A stretch of DNA of 64,000 bases from Bacteroidota bacterium (GCA_039798325.1 JBDKGG010000002.1:4640-68639); one strand, 5' to 3'; positions 1 through 11,700 are shown, numbered from the stretch's first letter. The notes: a model not told the origin generated them from the sequence alone. Numbers and translations are program-made.

Positions 1-1989
1 ACCGTCAACAATCAACTGAGGGTAATCACGCTGTAAAATCTCAGCCGCTTTTGCCATTTTCATGGGGTCTTTTCCTTTGGCCGAACCAAAATTGGAGTAA
101 CTCAACAAAGCAATGCGCGGCGTGATTTTCATCTTACTAATGGCCTCGGCAACCCGCAAAGTAATCTCCACAATATCTTCGGCACTGGGGTCTTCATTGA
201 CCGTGGTATCCGCAATGAAAAGCGGACCTTTTAGGGTTTGTACGATGTACATTCCGCACACTTTCTTCACTCCTGCTTCTGGACCAATGACCTGTAAACC
301 GGGACGAATCACTTTGGAATAATTGCGGGTCATTCCACTGATCATTGCATCGGCCATGCCCGTTTCCACCATCATCGCTCCAAAATAATTCCGCTCTCGC
401 ATGGAGCGCACTGCATCGGTAAACGTAACTCCCCTGCGCTGTTTTCTCTCAAAGTAAATTTGTCCAAAGCGCTCGCGGTTGGCGTCATTGGCTTCTACAC
501 GTGGATCAAAAATTTGAGCGTCGCGCAAATCAATGTCCCACTCTTCCATCAACTCTCGGATGCGCTTTTCATCTCCCAACAAAATCGGGATGGCACAACC
601 CTCATCCTTGGCGGCTTCTGCAGCCTTCAATATTTTAATGTTCTCCCCCTCTGCAAAAACCACCCGCTTGGGCGACTTTCTTGCGCGCTCTGCAATACCT
701 CTGGATAAGGCATTGTCGCGACCAATTCGGTTCAGCAATTCTGCCTTATACGCTTCCGCGTCCTTCATTGGCAATTTGGCCACCCCACTGTCCACTGCAG
801 CCTTGGCTACTGCCGTCGATACAACATAAATCAATCTTGGATCCAATGGTTTGGGTATGATGTAATCACGACCAAAACTCAAAGATTGCAAGTTGTACGC
901 TTGTACAACTTCTTCTGGCACCGATTCCTTGGCCAATGCAGCCAATGCATGCACCGCAGCCAACTTCATTTCATTGTTGATGCAACGTGCTCGAACATCC
1001 AATGCGCCTCGGAAAATGAAAGGAAATCCCAAAACGTTGTTCACCTGATTGGGATGATCACTACGTCCCGTTGCCATGATGACATCTGTACGAGCAGCTA
1101 AAGCGTCATCATAAGAAATTTCCGGATTGGGATTGGCCAAAGCAAAAACAACGGGGTTGTCATTCATGGCAACAATCATTTCTTGAGAAACAATATTCCC
1201 TTGCGACAAACCCAAAAACACATCCGCCCCCACCATGGCTTCTGCCAAGGTTCCCAAATTATTTTCTGTTGCAAACCTTCTCTTGCGGTGATCCAAATCT
1301 TCACGATCCGCCGTAATCAATCCTTTGGAATCGTACATGTACACATTCTTGGGATCGGCACCCAATTGAATCATCATGTCCACACAACTCAATGCCGCAG
1401 CTCCTGCGCCGCTCACTACAATTCTAACCTCACCTATTTTCTTTTCAGCCAACTCCAATGCATTGATCAAGGCCGCACTGCTGATGATGGCCGTTCCATG
1501 TTGGTCATCATGCATGATGGGAATATCCAACTCGGCCTTCAATCGCTCCTCAATTTCAAAAGCCTCTGGGGCTTTTAAATCCTCCAGATTGATTCCGCCA
1601 AATGTGGGGGAAATATTCTTTACCGTATTGATGAAATCATCCACGTCGGTGGCTTTCACTTCAATGTCAATGCTGTCGATGTCGGCAAAAATTTTGAACA
1701 GCATGCACTTCCCTTCCATCACGGGTTTGGAAGCTTCCGGTCCCAAATTCCCCAATCCCAAAATGGCTGTTCCATTGGAAATAACCGCTACCAAATTTCC
1801 TTTGGCCGTATAGCGATACACATCGTCCGGATTCTCAGCAATGGCCAAAACAGGCTCTGCCACTCCCGGTGAATAAGCCAACGCCAAATCGCGTTGCGAA
1901 CTGTGCGGTTTGGTAGGAATAATTTCCAACTTGCCCGGTCTTCCTTGCTCATGATAATCCAGAGCGTCTTTCTTCTTGATGGCTTCCAT
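1..1989 (-). CDS. maeB: NADP-dependent malic enzyme (malic enzyme + PTA-like C-terminal domain), 3' end cut by window edge
   Basis: Reverse-strand translation from the ATG at 1989..1987 reads MEAIKKKDALDYHEQGRPGKLEIIPTKPHSSQRDLALAYSPGVAEP...GNLGPEASKPVMEGKCMLFK. At the window edge it reads ...MAKAAEILQRDYPQLIVDG (PTA-like domain). It is absent from the ORF track because no stop lies in the window. The plus-strand ORFs at 113-1813 are antisense artefacts. Confidence 0.9.
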   Translation of the reverse strand, partial: MEAIKKKDALDYHEQGRPGKLEIIPTKPHSSQRDLALAYSPGVAEPVLAIAENPDDVYRYTAKGNLVAVISNGTAILGLGNLGPEASKPVMEGKCMLFKIFADIDSIDIEVKATDVDDFINTVKNISPTFGGINLEDLKAPEAFEIEERLKAELDIPIMHDDQHGTAIISSAALINALELAEKKIGEVRIVVSGAGAAALSCVDMMIQLGADPKNVYMYDSKGLITADREDLDHRKRRFATENNLGTLAEAMVGADVFLGLSQGNIVSQEMIVAMNDNPVVFALANPNPEISYDDALAARTDVIMATGRSDHPNQVNNVLGFPFIFRGALDVRARCINNEMKLAAVHALAALAKESVPEEVVQAYNLQSLSFGRDYIIPKPLDPRLIYVVSTAVAKAAVDSGVAKLPMKDAEAYKAELLNRIGRDNALSRGIAERARKSPKRVVFAEGENIKILKAAEAAKDEGCAIPILLGDEKRIRELMEEWDIDLRDAQIFDPRVEANDANRERFGQIYFERKQRRGVTFTDAVRSMRERNYFGAMMVETGMADAMISGMTRNYSKVIRPGLQVIGPEAGVKKVCGMYIVQTLKGPLFIADTTVNEDPSAEDIVEITLRVAEAISKMKITPRIALLSYSNFGSAKGKDPMKMAKAAEILQRDYPQLIVDG

Positions 1990-1990
1990 T

Positions 1991-2998
1991 CTAATTTTTT
2001 TCGATTGGCAAAGGTAACTGCGGAAAGAGGTTACACGCTGTTTGCTGAATAACATCTTCCATAGCGGCAAATTTCCATTGCAATTGTTTGGCTACTTTAT
2101 CATTGCTAAATCGCTTCACCACCGCAGTATTTCGGATGGTTTCAGCTGTTACTTTGGCGCGTTTCCCAGAAATCAATTCTTTCATCGCATCCAAAAAATA
2201 AATGAAATTCAACATGCCTTGCGTTAGTGGCTTCTGCGGAATGCGCAGGTTCAACGCTTTGGCCATTTTGGAAAAAGCCCATTGCATGGATTGATTCTCC
2301 GCTACAAGGACAAATCGCTCTCCCCAGCAGCCTTGATCCACCAAGGCAATCATGATTTGCGCGACATCATGGGCTCCAATCCAACCCGTTCCGCCTAGAG
2401 GATAATAATTGTATCCTCTGGCAACGGTATCAAACAGCTGACCCGAACTTTGGTTCCGATGACCATCTCCGATGATGACTCCTGGGTTTACAATCACCGC
2501 TTTCAATCCTTCTTCTATTCCCCGCCAAACTTCCATCTCACCCAAAAACTTTGTTCGAGAATACTCGGTGTGCTCCTTGGAGGGCTGCCAAAAACAATGC
2601 TCATCTATGGGGGCTTGCTCTTCTGACTTTCCCAATGCGGCTATGGAACTCACATGACAAAAATCCACGTCCCATTCCATGGCCCAATCCACCCATTCTG
2701 CCGTTTGATGCACATTCACCTCCATCATGCGCGCATGGTCTTTTTCATGATAACTCACCACCGCAGCACAATGATATACCACTTGATATTGAGAAAAATC
2801 GGATTGATTCCAAAATGATGCGGTTGTCATCCAATGCAACTGACTGTCCGACCAACTCACCCCCTTGCTGCGCAACCAACTTTCCGTTTCTTTTGGACTA
2901 CGCTGATGGTACAATGCCGTCACTGGCACACCCTTTTTCAATAGGTACAACAACACATGTGAACCCACCAAACCCGTTGCTCCTGTGATCAATTGCAT
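1991..2998 (-). CDS. NAD-dependent epimerase/dehydratase (extended SDR) family protein
   Basis: 335-aa ORF with N-terminal Rossmann motif ITGATGLVGSHV. The stop abuts the maeB start. Confidence 0.8.
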   Translation of the reverse strand: MQLITGATGLVGSHVLLYLLKKGVPVTALYHQRSPKETESWLRSKGVSWSDSQLHWMTTASFWNQSDFSQYQVVYHCAAVVSYHEKDHARMMEVNVHQTAEWVDWAMEWDVDFCHVSSIAALGKSEEQAPIDEHCFWQPSKEHTEYSRTKFLGEMEVWRGIEEGLKAVIVNPGVIIGDGHRNQSSGQLFDTVARGYNYYPLGGTGWIGAHDVAQIMIALVDQGCWGERFVLVAENQSMQWAFSKMAKALNLRIPQKPLTQGMLNFIYFLDAMKELISGKRAKVTAETIRNTAVVKRFSNDKVAKQLQWKFAAMEDVIQQTACNLFPQLPLPIEKN

Positions 2999-3038
2999 GC
3001 CGCTAAGTTAAACCACATTCGCATTAACTTAGCCACGT

Positions 3039-4865
3039 TTGAAAACCAGTGCGCACATAGAGAACATCCTGAAAACATTGCCAGATAAACCCGGTGTGTA
3101 TCAATATTATGATGATCAAGGCCAATTGCTCTACATCGGAAAAGCCAAAGTGCTCAAAAATCGGGTCACCAGCTATTTCAGCAAAATCAAATTTGAAAAT
3201 GCCAAGACTTTTCAATTGGTCAAGCGCATCGCCGACATCAAATTCATTGTGGTCGCCAATGAGTCCGACGCCCTTTTGCTCGAAAATTCGCTCATCAAAA
3301 AATTCAAACCCAAGTACAACATTGCATTAAAAGACGACCGGACTTATCCCAGTATCGTCATCAAGAACGAAAAATTTCCCCGTGTTTTTGCGACCAGAAA
3401 AATCTTGAAAGATGGATCCACCTACCTAGGTCCATTCACCAGTGTCAAAGCCATGCACCAAGTATTGGAATTGGCCAAAACACTGTATCCCATTCGCACT
3501 TGCAATCTTCCATTAAACCAGGAAAACATTGAAAAAGGGAAGTTCCGCGTTTGCCTGGAATACCACATTGGAAACTGCATGGGGCCTTGCGATGCGAAAC
3601 AATCACAAGAAGATTACGACCAACATATTTTTCAAATCAAACGCATCATTCGGGGATACTACGGCGATGTGTTGCGGGATCTGAAACAAGAAATGCTTCA
3701 GCGCGCCACTGCCTTGGAATTTGAAGCGGCCCAAAAAATCAAAGAGAAAATCGAAGCGTTGGAGAGCTTTCAAACCAAGAACACCATTGTACATCCTTCG
3801 ATCTCGCACATAGACGTTTTCACGATGGTGGCTGATGAGCACACATCGTTCGTCAACTACCTGCAAATCATGAATGGCACCATTTCCATTGGATACAACA
3901 TGGAATTGAAAAAAAGAATGGATGAATCAGATGCGGAAGTATTGGCTTTTGCGGTCACCCATATTCGGGATAAGTTTCAATCCAAGTCCATTGAAGTGCT
4001 GGTTCCATTTGAAATAGAATGGCCCTGGGAGAAAATCAAACTGACAGTCCCATTGCGTGGAGACAAACGCAAACTATTGGAACTCTCTGAACGCAATGCC
4101 AAGCAAAGCCTGCTTCAATCGCATAAGCAAATAGAATTGACGGATCCAGCGCGCCATGTGGAGCGCATTTTGTCTACCCTACAAAAAGATTTACACCTCA
4201 CAGAAATTCCAAGACACATTGAATGTTTTGACAACTCCAACATTCAAGGAACCAATCCCGTAAGTGCCTGCGTGGTATTCAAAGAAGCCAAAGCGAGTAA
4301 AAAGGACTACCGCATTTTCAATGTGAAAACAGTGCAAGGTCCTGATGACTTTGCCACCATGCGAGAAGCCATTTTCAGGAGATACCATCGGGTGATGGAG
4401 GAAAATGAACCGATGCCCCAATTAATCATCATCGATGGTGGAAAAGGGCAATTGAGTGCCGCAATGGAAAGCTTGGCGCAATTGCAATTGGTGGGAAAAG
4501 TAGCCGTCATTGGCATTGCCAAAAAATTAGAGGAAATCTACTTTCCAGGAGACTCGGATCCGCTGTATTTGGACAAACGATCTGAATCTTTAAAACTGAT
4601 TCAACAGCTGCGCGATGAAGCCCACCGATTTGGTTTATCCAAACACCGCAATCGCCGGAGCAAGGAGGCCCTGCAAACTGAGCTAACCCAAATTCCCGGT
4701 TTGGGAATCAAGAGTGCGCAAAAATTATTGATTCAATTTGGCAGTGTAGACAACATCAAGGCCCAAAGCATCGCATCATTAACCGCTTGTGTTTCCGCTC
4801 CTGTGGCCAAAAAGATTCATGCTTACTTTCATGCCACCGCACCCGCAGAAGGGGAAGAGAAATGA
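3039..4865 (+). CDS. uvrC: excinuclease ABC subunit C
   Basis: 608 aa with GIY-YIG N-terminus (PGVYQYYDDQGQLLYIGKAKVLKNRVTSYF) and a C-terminal HhH region. The start is a TTG in the ORF track, so the exact start is uncertain. Confidence 0.93.
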   Translation: MKTSAHIENILKTLPDKPGVYQYYDDQGQLLYIGKAKVLKNRVTSYFSKIKFENAKTFQLVKRIADIKFIVVANESDALLLENSLIKKFKPKYNIALKDDRTYPSIVIKNEKFPRVFATRKILKDGSTYLGPFTSVKAMHQVLELAKTLYPIRTCNLPLNQENIEKGKFRVCLEYHIGNCMGPCDAKQSQEDYDQHIFQIKRIIRGYYGDVLRDLKQEMLQRATALEFEAAQKIKEKIEALESFQTKNTIVHPSISHIDVFTMVADEHTSFVNYLQIMNGTISIGYNMELKKRMDESDAEVLAFAVTHIRDKFQSKSIEVLVPFEIEWPWEKIKLTVPLRGDKRKLLELSERNAKQSLLQSHKQIELTDPARHVERILSTLQKDLHLTEIPRHIECFDNSNIQGTNPVSACVVFKEAKASKKDYRIFNVKTVQGPDDFATMREAIFRRYHRVMEENEPMPQLIIIDGGKGQLSAAMESLAQLQLVGKVAVIGIAKKLEEIYFPGDSDPLYLDKRSESLKLIQQLRDEAHRFGLSKHRNRRSKEALQTELTQIPGLGIKSAQKLLIQFGSVDNIKAQSIASLTACVSAPVAKKIHAYFHATAPAEGEEK

Positions 4866-4920
4866 GCAAACCATTGTTAAAACAAGGTCAACTCCACCGG
4901 TGAGCGGGGTGTCAGGGTTT

Positions 4921-4928
4921 TATCTTTG
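4921..4928 (+). promoter_or_regulatory. Bacteroidota-type -7 box TATCTTTG (TAnnTTTG) upstream of PBP1A
   Basis: Exact match to the TAnnTTTG consensus, 6 nt before the ATG at 4934. Confidence 0.5.
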
Positions 4929-4933
4929 CAAGA

Positions 4934-7354
4934 ATGGAAAAATTGAGCCCAGAGCAAATCAAGAAATACAACAAGCGCATCATTTGGATTGGAGCCAGTC
5001 CCGTATTGTTGGTCTTCCTTATTCTTCTCATCACCTTATTCAGTGGATTGCCCAACGTAGAAACATTGGCCAATCCCAAAGTGAGTTTGGCTTCCTCTAT
5101 TTATTCTGCCGATGGAAAAATGATTGGTTCCTATTTCAAGGAAAATCGCGCCGATGTTAAGTTTCAAGAAATCCCCAAGCATGTGGTAGATGCCTTGGTG
5201 GCCACTGAAGATGAGCGTTTCTACCAACACAGCGGAGTAGATTACTTGGGGTTATTCAGAGCCATGTTCAGTCTGGGACAAGATGGCGGTGGTTCTACCA
5301 TCACGCAGCAATTGGCCAAACAACAATTCACCAAGAATTTTGAAAAGGTTGGAAAAGTCAGACGGGCCTGGCAAAAAATTCGGGAATGGATTATCGCTTG
5401 CAAACTGGAGCGACTTTATACCAAAGAAGAAATCATCACCCTTTACTTGAACCAATACGACTTTTTGAACCAAGCCGTCGGAATCAAGTCCGCTGCATTG
5501 GTGTACTTTAATACAACGCCGGAAAAACTTACTGTTGAGCAGGGGGCCATGCTGATTGGCATGTTGAAAAATTCATCCCTGTTCAACCCCATCAAACGTG
5601 AGGAAAAAGTCACCAAACGCCGAGAGGTTGTGCTGAAGCAAATGGTTAAAAACAAATACCTCACGGATCAGCAATATGACAGCTTGCGCGTTTTACCGCT
5701 GGGATTGGATTTTCAAAAAATTAGCCACACAGAAGGAATGGCACCCTATTTCCGAGAGGTATTGCGTTTAAAAATTCAAGAAATTTTTGAAGAGAAAAAT
5801 GCGGACGGTAATTTGAAATATGTCAAGGCAGACGGCACGCCCTACAACATTTACAAGGATGGACTAAAAATATACACAACACTCGATGCCAAAATGCAAG
5901 AGTATGGGGAATGGGCCGTTGAGGAGCACCTAAGCAAAGAGTTGCAAAAAGCTTTTACGCAAGATTTAAAATCGCGCAAGAAAGAAAACTTCCCTTTCTA
6001 CAATGGCATCTCGGAAAGCGATCGCAAGAACATCATCGACCAAGCTTACAAACAAAGTGAACGATACAAATTCTTGGCTGGGACGATGTGTCCGGAATGT
6101 AAGCGACCCAAAAGTTATATTTCACGAGAAGGAAAAGAATATGTATGCGATGCTGAAGCCGGTGGATGCGGGGAACATTGGGCTGCGCATGATGAGAAGG
6201 AGATCGAAAAAATATTCGGCACCAAAACCAAAATGAAGGTATACACCCACAAGGGACCAAAGGATACACTGATGAGTCCCATGGACAGCATATTGTACCA
6301 CAAATCCATTCTTCATGCAAGCTTGATGTCCATGGATCCAAAAACAGGACACATCAAAGCTTGGGTTGGTGGCATAGATTACAACTATTTCAAATATGAC
6401 AATGTTTACCAATCGCGCCGCCAAGTAGGTTCAACCTTCAAGCCCATTGTGTATGCTACTGCTTTGCGCATGGGTAAAAAACCATGTGATCCGATTGTGG
6501 TAGCCTCGCCATGTTTCAATCTTCCCACCGGAGAGCGTTGGTGTCCAAGAGGAGGAAGTGCCGGAAGATATGTGATGAACAAGGCCTTGGCCGCGTCTGT
6601 CAATACTGTAGCCGCTCAGTTGATTAGTGATTACGGCATTGATGCGGTCATTGCATTGGCCCGCAACCTGGGCATCAAAAGCGACATTCCCAGAACGTAT
6701 TCCATCGCGCTTGGGGTAGCCCAATTGTCCTTGTACGAAATGGTCGGTGCCAATTCTGCTATGGTCAATCATGGCATGTTCATCGAGCCCACTTATTTAT
6801 TGCGCATCGAAGACCGAAACGGAAACATGATCTACGAAGCCGATCCACAAATCAGCCAAGCACTGGATCCCAGTGTCTCCTATGCTCTGGTGGACATGAT
6901 GAAAGGCGTTTGCAACTTTGGAACAGCTGCCCGAATCCGAAGTGGCCGACCTTATGGAAATCTGCGCTATCCACTGGCCGGAAAAACCGGAACTACCCAA
7001 AGCAATACCGATGGTTGGTTCATTGGAATGACGCCCGACTTGGTAACCGGCGTATGGGTTGGTGCCCAGGATCCCACCATTCGATTCAGCAGCACCAACC
7101 TGGGCCAAGGGGCCAATACCGGACTGCCGATTTTTGGGTACTTCATGAATAAAGTATACGCCGATCCCAATATCAAAATTTCCAAAGGCGACTTCCCTCG
7201 ACCCGATAACTATGATACACTCCGATTTGATTGCAATGTCCACGAACCAGATGCTATTTTTGCCGAGGATGTATTCTCCGATGATGGGGATGAAGATTTG
7301 TACAACAATGGAGAATTGTACATGGGAGGAGCTGATTCAATTCTAAAAAAATAA
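4934..7354 (+). CDS. class A penicillin-binding protein (transglycosylase GT51 + transpeptidase), PBP1A
   Basis: 806 aa with an N-terminal TM segment. GT51 motifs EDERFYQHSGVD and GGSTITQQL are present, as are the transpeptidase motifs STFKP and KTGTT. Confidence 0.9.
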   Translation: MEKLSPEQIKKYNKRIIWIGASPVLLVFLILLITLFSGLPNVETLANPKVSLASSIYSADGKMIGSYFKENRADVKFQEIPKHVVDALVATEDERFYQHSGVDYLGLFRAMFSLGQDGGGSTITQQLAKQQFTKNFEKVGKVRRAWQKIREWIIACKLERLYTKEEIITLYLNQYDFLNQAVGIKSAALVYFNTTPEKLTVEQGAMLIGMLKNSSLFNPIKREEKVTKRREVVLKQMVKNKYLTDQQYDSLRVLPLGLDFQKISHTEGMAPYFREVLRLKIQEIFEEKNADGNLKYVKADGTPYNIYKDGLKIYTTLDAKMQEYGEWAVEEHLSKELQKAFTQDLKSRKKENFPFYNGISESDRKNIIDQAYKQSERYKFLAGTMCPECKRPKSYISREGKEYVCDAEAGGCGEHWAAHDEKEIEKIFGTKTKMKVYTHKGPKDTLMSPMDSILYHKSILHASLMSMDPKTGHIKAWVGGIDYNYFKYDNVYQSRRQVGSTFKPIVYATALRMGKKPCDPIVVASPCFNLPTGERWCPRGGSAGRYVMNKALAASVNTVAAQLISDYGIDAVIALARNLGIKSDIPRTYSIALGVAQLSLYEMVGANSAMVNHGMFIEPTYLLRIEDRNGNMIYEADPQISQALDPSVSYALVDMMKGVCNFGTAARIRSGRPYGNLRYPLAGKTGTTQSNTDGWFIGMTPDLVTGVWVGAQDPTIRFSSTNLGQGANTGLPIFGYFMNKVYADPNIKISKGDFPRPDNYDTLRFDCNVHEPDAIFAEDVFSDDGDEDLYNNGELYMGGADSILKK

Positions 7355-7356
7355 AA

Positions 7357-8061
7357 ATGGGATTCAATAAAGTTGTAAAAAATGCCAATGAAGCCTGTCA
7401 AGGCATAGAAAGCGGAATGACGCTGATGCTCGGGGGATTTGGCCTATGCGGCATTCCGGAAAACTGCATCACCGAACTGGTGAATATGAAAGTAAATAAC
7501 CTTACTTGCATATCCAACAATGCAGGAGTGGACGATTTTGGACTTGGTCTTTTATTACAAGGAAAGCAAGTCAAAAAAATGATCAGCTCTTATGTTGGCG
7601 AGAATGAAGAATTTGAAAGACAAATGCTCAGCGGTGAATTGGAAGTGGAGTTGATTCCTCAAGGTACCTTGGCCACACGATGTATGGCTGCTGGATACGG
7701 AATGCCTGCCATCTTTACACCAGCCGGTGTAGGCACTGAAGTGGCCGAAGGCAAAGAAATGCGCGTATTCAATGGAAAAAAATACCTCATGGAATATGCC
7801 TTTGATGCCGATTTTGCCATCGTCAAAGCGTGGAAAGGAGATACCATGGGCAACTTGATTTTTAGAAGCACTGCCAGAAATTTCAATCCAATGATGGCCA
7901 TGGCAGGGAAAATCACCATTGCCGAAGTAGAAGAATTGGTGCCTGCAGGAGAGCTAGACCCTGATCACATCCACACCCCTGGTATATACGTTCAACGCAT
8001 CTTCGAAGGAGAACGTTACGAGAAAAGAATAGAACAAAGAACTACCCAAAAGCGCGCTTAA
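7357..8061 (+). CDS. scoA: 3-oxoacid/acetate CoA-transferase subunit A
   Basis: 234 aa with LMLGGFGLCGIPE and the typical subunit-A layout. It lies immediately upstream of subunit B. Confidence 0.88.
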   Translation: MGFNKVVKNANEACQGIESGMTLMLGGFGLCGIPENCITELVNMKVNNLTCISNNAGVDDFGLGLLLQGKQVKKMISSYVGENEEFERQMLSGELEVELIPQGTLATRCMAAGYGMPAIFTPAGVGTEVAEGKEMRVFNGKKYLMEYAFDADFAIVKAWKGDTMGNLIFRSTARNFNPMMAMAGKITIAEVEELVPAGELDPDHIHTPGIYVQRIFEGERYEKRIEQRTTQKRA

Positions 8062-8063
8062 TC

Positions 8064-8714
8064 ATGTTGGATAAAAATGGAATTGCAAAAAGAATTGCAT
8101 TAGAAGTCAAAGACGGCATGTACGTCAACTTGGGGATTGGTATCCCTACGCTAGTGGCCAATTATGTTCCCAAGGACATCGAGGTAGTGCTTCAATCAGA
8201 AAACGGATTATTGGGAATGGGACCTTTCCCTTTCGAAGGAGAGGAAGATGCCGACTTGATCAACGCTGGTAAACAAACCGTCACCACATTGCCGGGTTCG
8301 TCCATCTTTGACAGCGCCATGAGCTTTGGAATGATTCGCGCTCAAAAAGTAGATTTAACCATTTTGGGAGCCATGGAAGTGAGTGAAAATGGCGACATCG
8401 CCAATTGGAAAGTGCCCGGAAAAATGGTCAAAGGAATGGGTGGCGCGATGGATTTGGTGGCCTCTGCCAAAAACATCATCGTGGCCATGCAGCACTGTGA
8501 CAAAGCAGGGAATTCAAAATTGTTGCCCCATTGTACCTTACCCCTCACTGGCATTCATTGCATCAAGAAAGTAGTGACCGATTTGGGTGTCTTTGATATC
8601 CATGACGGCTCCTTTGTTTTGTTGGAAAGAGCGGCTGATGTGACCATAGAAGAAATTCAAGCAAAAACAGCCGGAAAACTCATCATTCCCAACTTCGTAA
8701 GCGTTATTCATTAA
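8064..8714 (+). CDS. scoB: 3-oxoacid/acetate CoA-transferase subunit B
   Basis: 216 aa containing the catalytic-glutamate motif LQSENGLLGMGP. Confidence 0.88.
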   Translation: MLDKNGIAKRIALEVKDGMYVNLGIGIPTLVANYVPKDIEVVLQSENGLLGMGPFPFEGEEDADLINAGKQTVTTLPGSSIFDSAMSFGMIRAQKVDLTILGAMEVSENGDIANWKVPGKMVKGMGGAMDLVASAKNIIVAMQHCDKAGNSKLLPHCTLPLTGIHCIKKVVTDLGVFDIHDGSFVLLERAADVTIEEIQAKTAGKLIIPNFVSVIH

Positions 8715-8762
8715 GGGGGGTTACCCCTTCCCTCGCATCACCTTTTTGCTTATCATTGCAAG

Positions 8763-11700
8763 ATGCGAAAAATGATATTGTTTGCTGTTTTGTTCCAATC
8801 CATTTGGACGCAAGCACAGCCCACTTTCCCCGTCAATGGCGCGCGTGAAAAAGAGGTGGTCAACACCGCCATTGTCCATGCCACATTGCACATTGATGAT
8901 CAACAAGTACTCAATGATGCTACCCTGCTTTTCTTCAAAGGACGCATTGTTCAGGTTGGCACCGAATTCACCTTGCCAGCGGGAACATTGATTTTGGATT
9001 ATAGCGGTAAACACATTTACCCATCATTTGTTGACTTATATACCCACTACGGTCTTCCTGCTGTGGAGTATTCTTCTTGGTCGCCCTTTCCCAATCCAGA
9101 TAGAAACAGAAAAGGAGCGTTTGGATGGAATGACGCCATTCACGCTGACTTCCAGGCCAGTTATCATTTCAGCTATGACGAAGGTGCTGCCAATGCACTA
9201 ATCAAAGCGGGTGTTGGCGCTGTAGTTACCCATCAGAAGGATGGAATCGTTCGTGGAAGCGGAGCATTGGTTGCTCTAAATGACAACGAAAATATGGCCA
9301 TGCTCAAGTCCAATGTTACCACGCATCTTTCATTCGACAAAGGAAGCAGCAAACAAGAATATCCTTCCAGCCTAATGGGGTCAATAGCATTATTGAGACA
9401 AACCTATTTCGACGCTGAATGGTACAAGTCGCAAGGCATCAAGGAAGAACGCAATTTGAGTTTGGAATCATTCCTACAATTGCAGCAATTCCCCACCATA
9501 TTTGAAACAGACGACAAATGGAATGTTTTGCGCGCGGATAAAATCGGCGATGAAATGAAAGTGCAATACATCTTCAAAGGATCCGGGAATGAATACCAAA
9601 GAGCCAAGGATATCGCTCAGACCAAAGGCGCGTTTATCCTCCCCGTGAACTTCCCTGGACCTTATGACTTGATTGATCCCCTTTTGGCCCGTCAAGTCCC
9701 CCTTGAAGAATTAAAGCACTGGGATTGGGCACCCTCCAATGCCGCGGTTCTGAAACAATCTGCCGTTCCTTTTGCCTTTACCACGGATGGGCTAGAAGAT
9801 AAATCCAGTTTTTTAAGCAACATTAAAAAAGCCTCCAAGTACGGATTAACAGAATCTGATGTCATTCAAGCCCTTTGCAAGAACCCCGCTCAATGGATTC
9901 AGGCCTATGACCAAATCGGCAGCTTAGAAAGCGGCAAATGGGCCAATTTCATCGTGACCAATGAACCCTTGCTTTCCAAGAAATCCAAGATTGAAGAAAA
10001 CTGGGTCATGGGGAAAAAGCATGAAGTCAACGTCACCAAAACCAACCCTTGGCTTGGTACATACAATCTCACTGCAGAAAACAAACAAGAAATAAAAGTG
10101 GTCATTGAAGACAAACCGCAGGGAATTGTCGCCACCTGGATTCAGGGAAAAGATACCCTTTCACAAAACAGTGTGGTGAAGACAGACGATGTTCGTATTT
10201 CCATTTCTTTGACTCCCAAAAACGATAGTTTGTCGGTCACGCAACAATACATCAGTTTGCAAAAACTCAACAACGGTGTTGCCGGATGGTTGCTTTTGGG
10301 ACAACAGGGAGATAGCCGAAACATCAATGTCAGCGGGCAATTCGAGGCCTATGTTCCCGCCAAAGACAGCACCGAGGAGGAGGTTGAAGAGTGGATCAAC
10401 CCCATCACTGAAATGACCTATCCCTTTGGTGCTTATGGCAGAACCGCATTGCCTGCGCAAGAAACGGTTTGGATCAAAAACGGAACTTTGTGGACCAATG
10501 AAAAAGAAGGTATCATCAAAGGTGATCTTTTAATACAAAACGGAAAAATCTTACAAGTAGGTAAAGTAACCCCTCCATCTGGTGCAAAAATTACCACCAT
10601 TGATGCCCAGGGAAAACATGTGACTTGCGGCATTATCGACGAGCACAGTCACATCGCATTGATGTCCGTCAATGAACATGCCCAAACATCAAGCGCAGAA
10701 GTGGAAGAAGCTCGTGTAGTTTGGCCCGAGGACATTGACATCTACCGCCAACTGGCCGGAGGAGTAACCGCTTCTCAATTGTTGCATGGCAGTGCCAACG
10801 CCATTGGAGGTCAAAGTGCGTTGATCAAATTGCGTTGGGGGGTCAATCATGACGAAATCCTCATTGAAAATGCTCCTGGCTTCATCAAGTTTGCTTTGGG
10901 TGAAAATGTAAAACACAGCAACGCAGGCGATTTCAACAACGTGCGTTTCCCGCAAACCCGCATGGGAGTAGAACAAGTCTATTACGATCATTTCCATCAG
11001 GCCAGAGAATATGGCAACGAATGGAAAAATTATGAGTTGTCTTTAAAATCAAAGACAAAACTTCCCAAACCAAGAAGAGATTTAGAAAAAGATGCCTTGT
11101 TGGAAATCTTGCAAGGAAAACGATTCATTACTTGCCACAGTTATGTGCAGAGTGAAATCAACATGTTGATGCACATGGCGGACAGCATGGGAATCAAGAT
11201 CAACACTTTCACCCACATTTTAGAAGGGTATAAAGTAGCGGACAAAATGAAAGCCCATGGCGCCGCAGCATCATCATTCAGTGATTGGTGGGCCTATAAA
11301 ATGGAAGTTCGAGATGCCATTCCTTACAACGGGGCATTGATGCACCAACAAGGTGTTTTGGTAGGCTTCAATTCCGACGATGCGGAAATGGCCAGAAGAT
11401 TGAACCAAGAAGCCGCTAAGGCTGTGAAATATGGGAATGTCCCCGAAGAAGAAGCTTGGAAATTTGTCACCCTCAACCCCGCAAAAATGCTCCACTTGGA
11501 CAATAAAATGGGCTCCTTGAAAGTGGGCAAAGATGCAGATGTTGTCATTTGGAACACCAGCCCTTTGAGCGTCTATGCGATGGCTGAGAAAACTTTTGTA
11601 GATGGACGTTGCTATTTTGACCGAGAGGAAGATGGCTTTCTGCACCAAGAAGAATGGAACGATCGCAAAGCATTAATGGATGCCATGCAAAAAGCCATTG

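Noticed and set aside
113-1813. Several plus-strand ORFs (113..322, 460..708, 533..829, 886..1101, 1183..1578, 1376..1813).
   Set aside because: All lie antisense to an uninterrupted minus-strand frame with unmistakable malic-enzyme/PTA sequence. The real gene is missing from the track only because it runs off the window.
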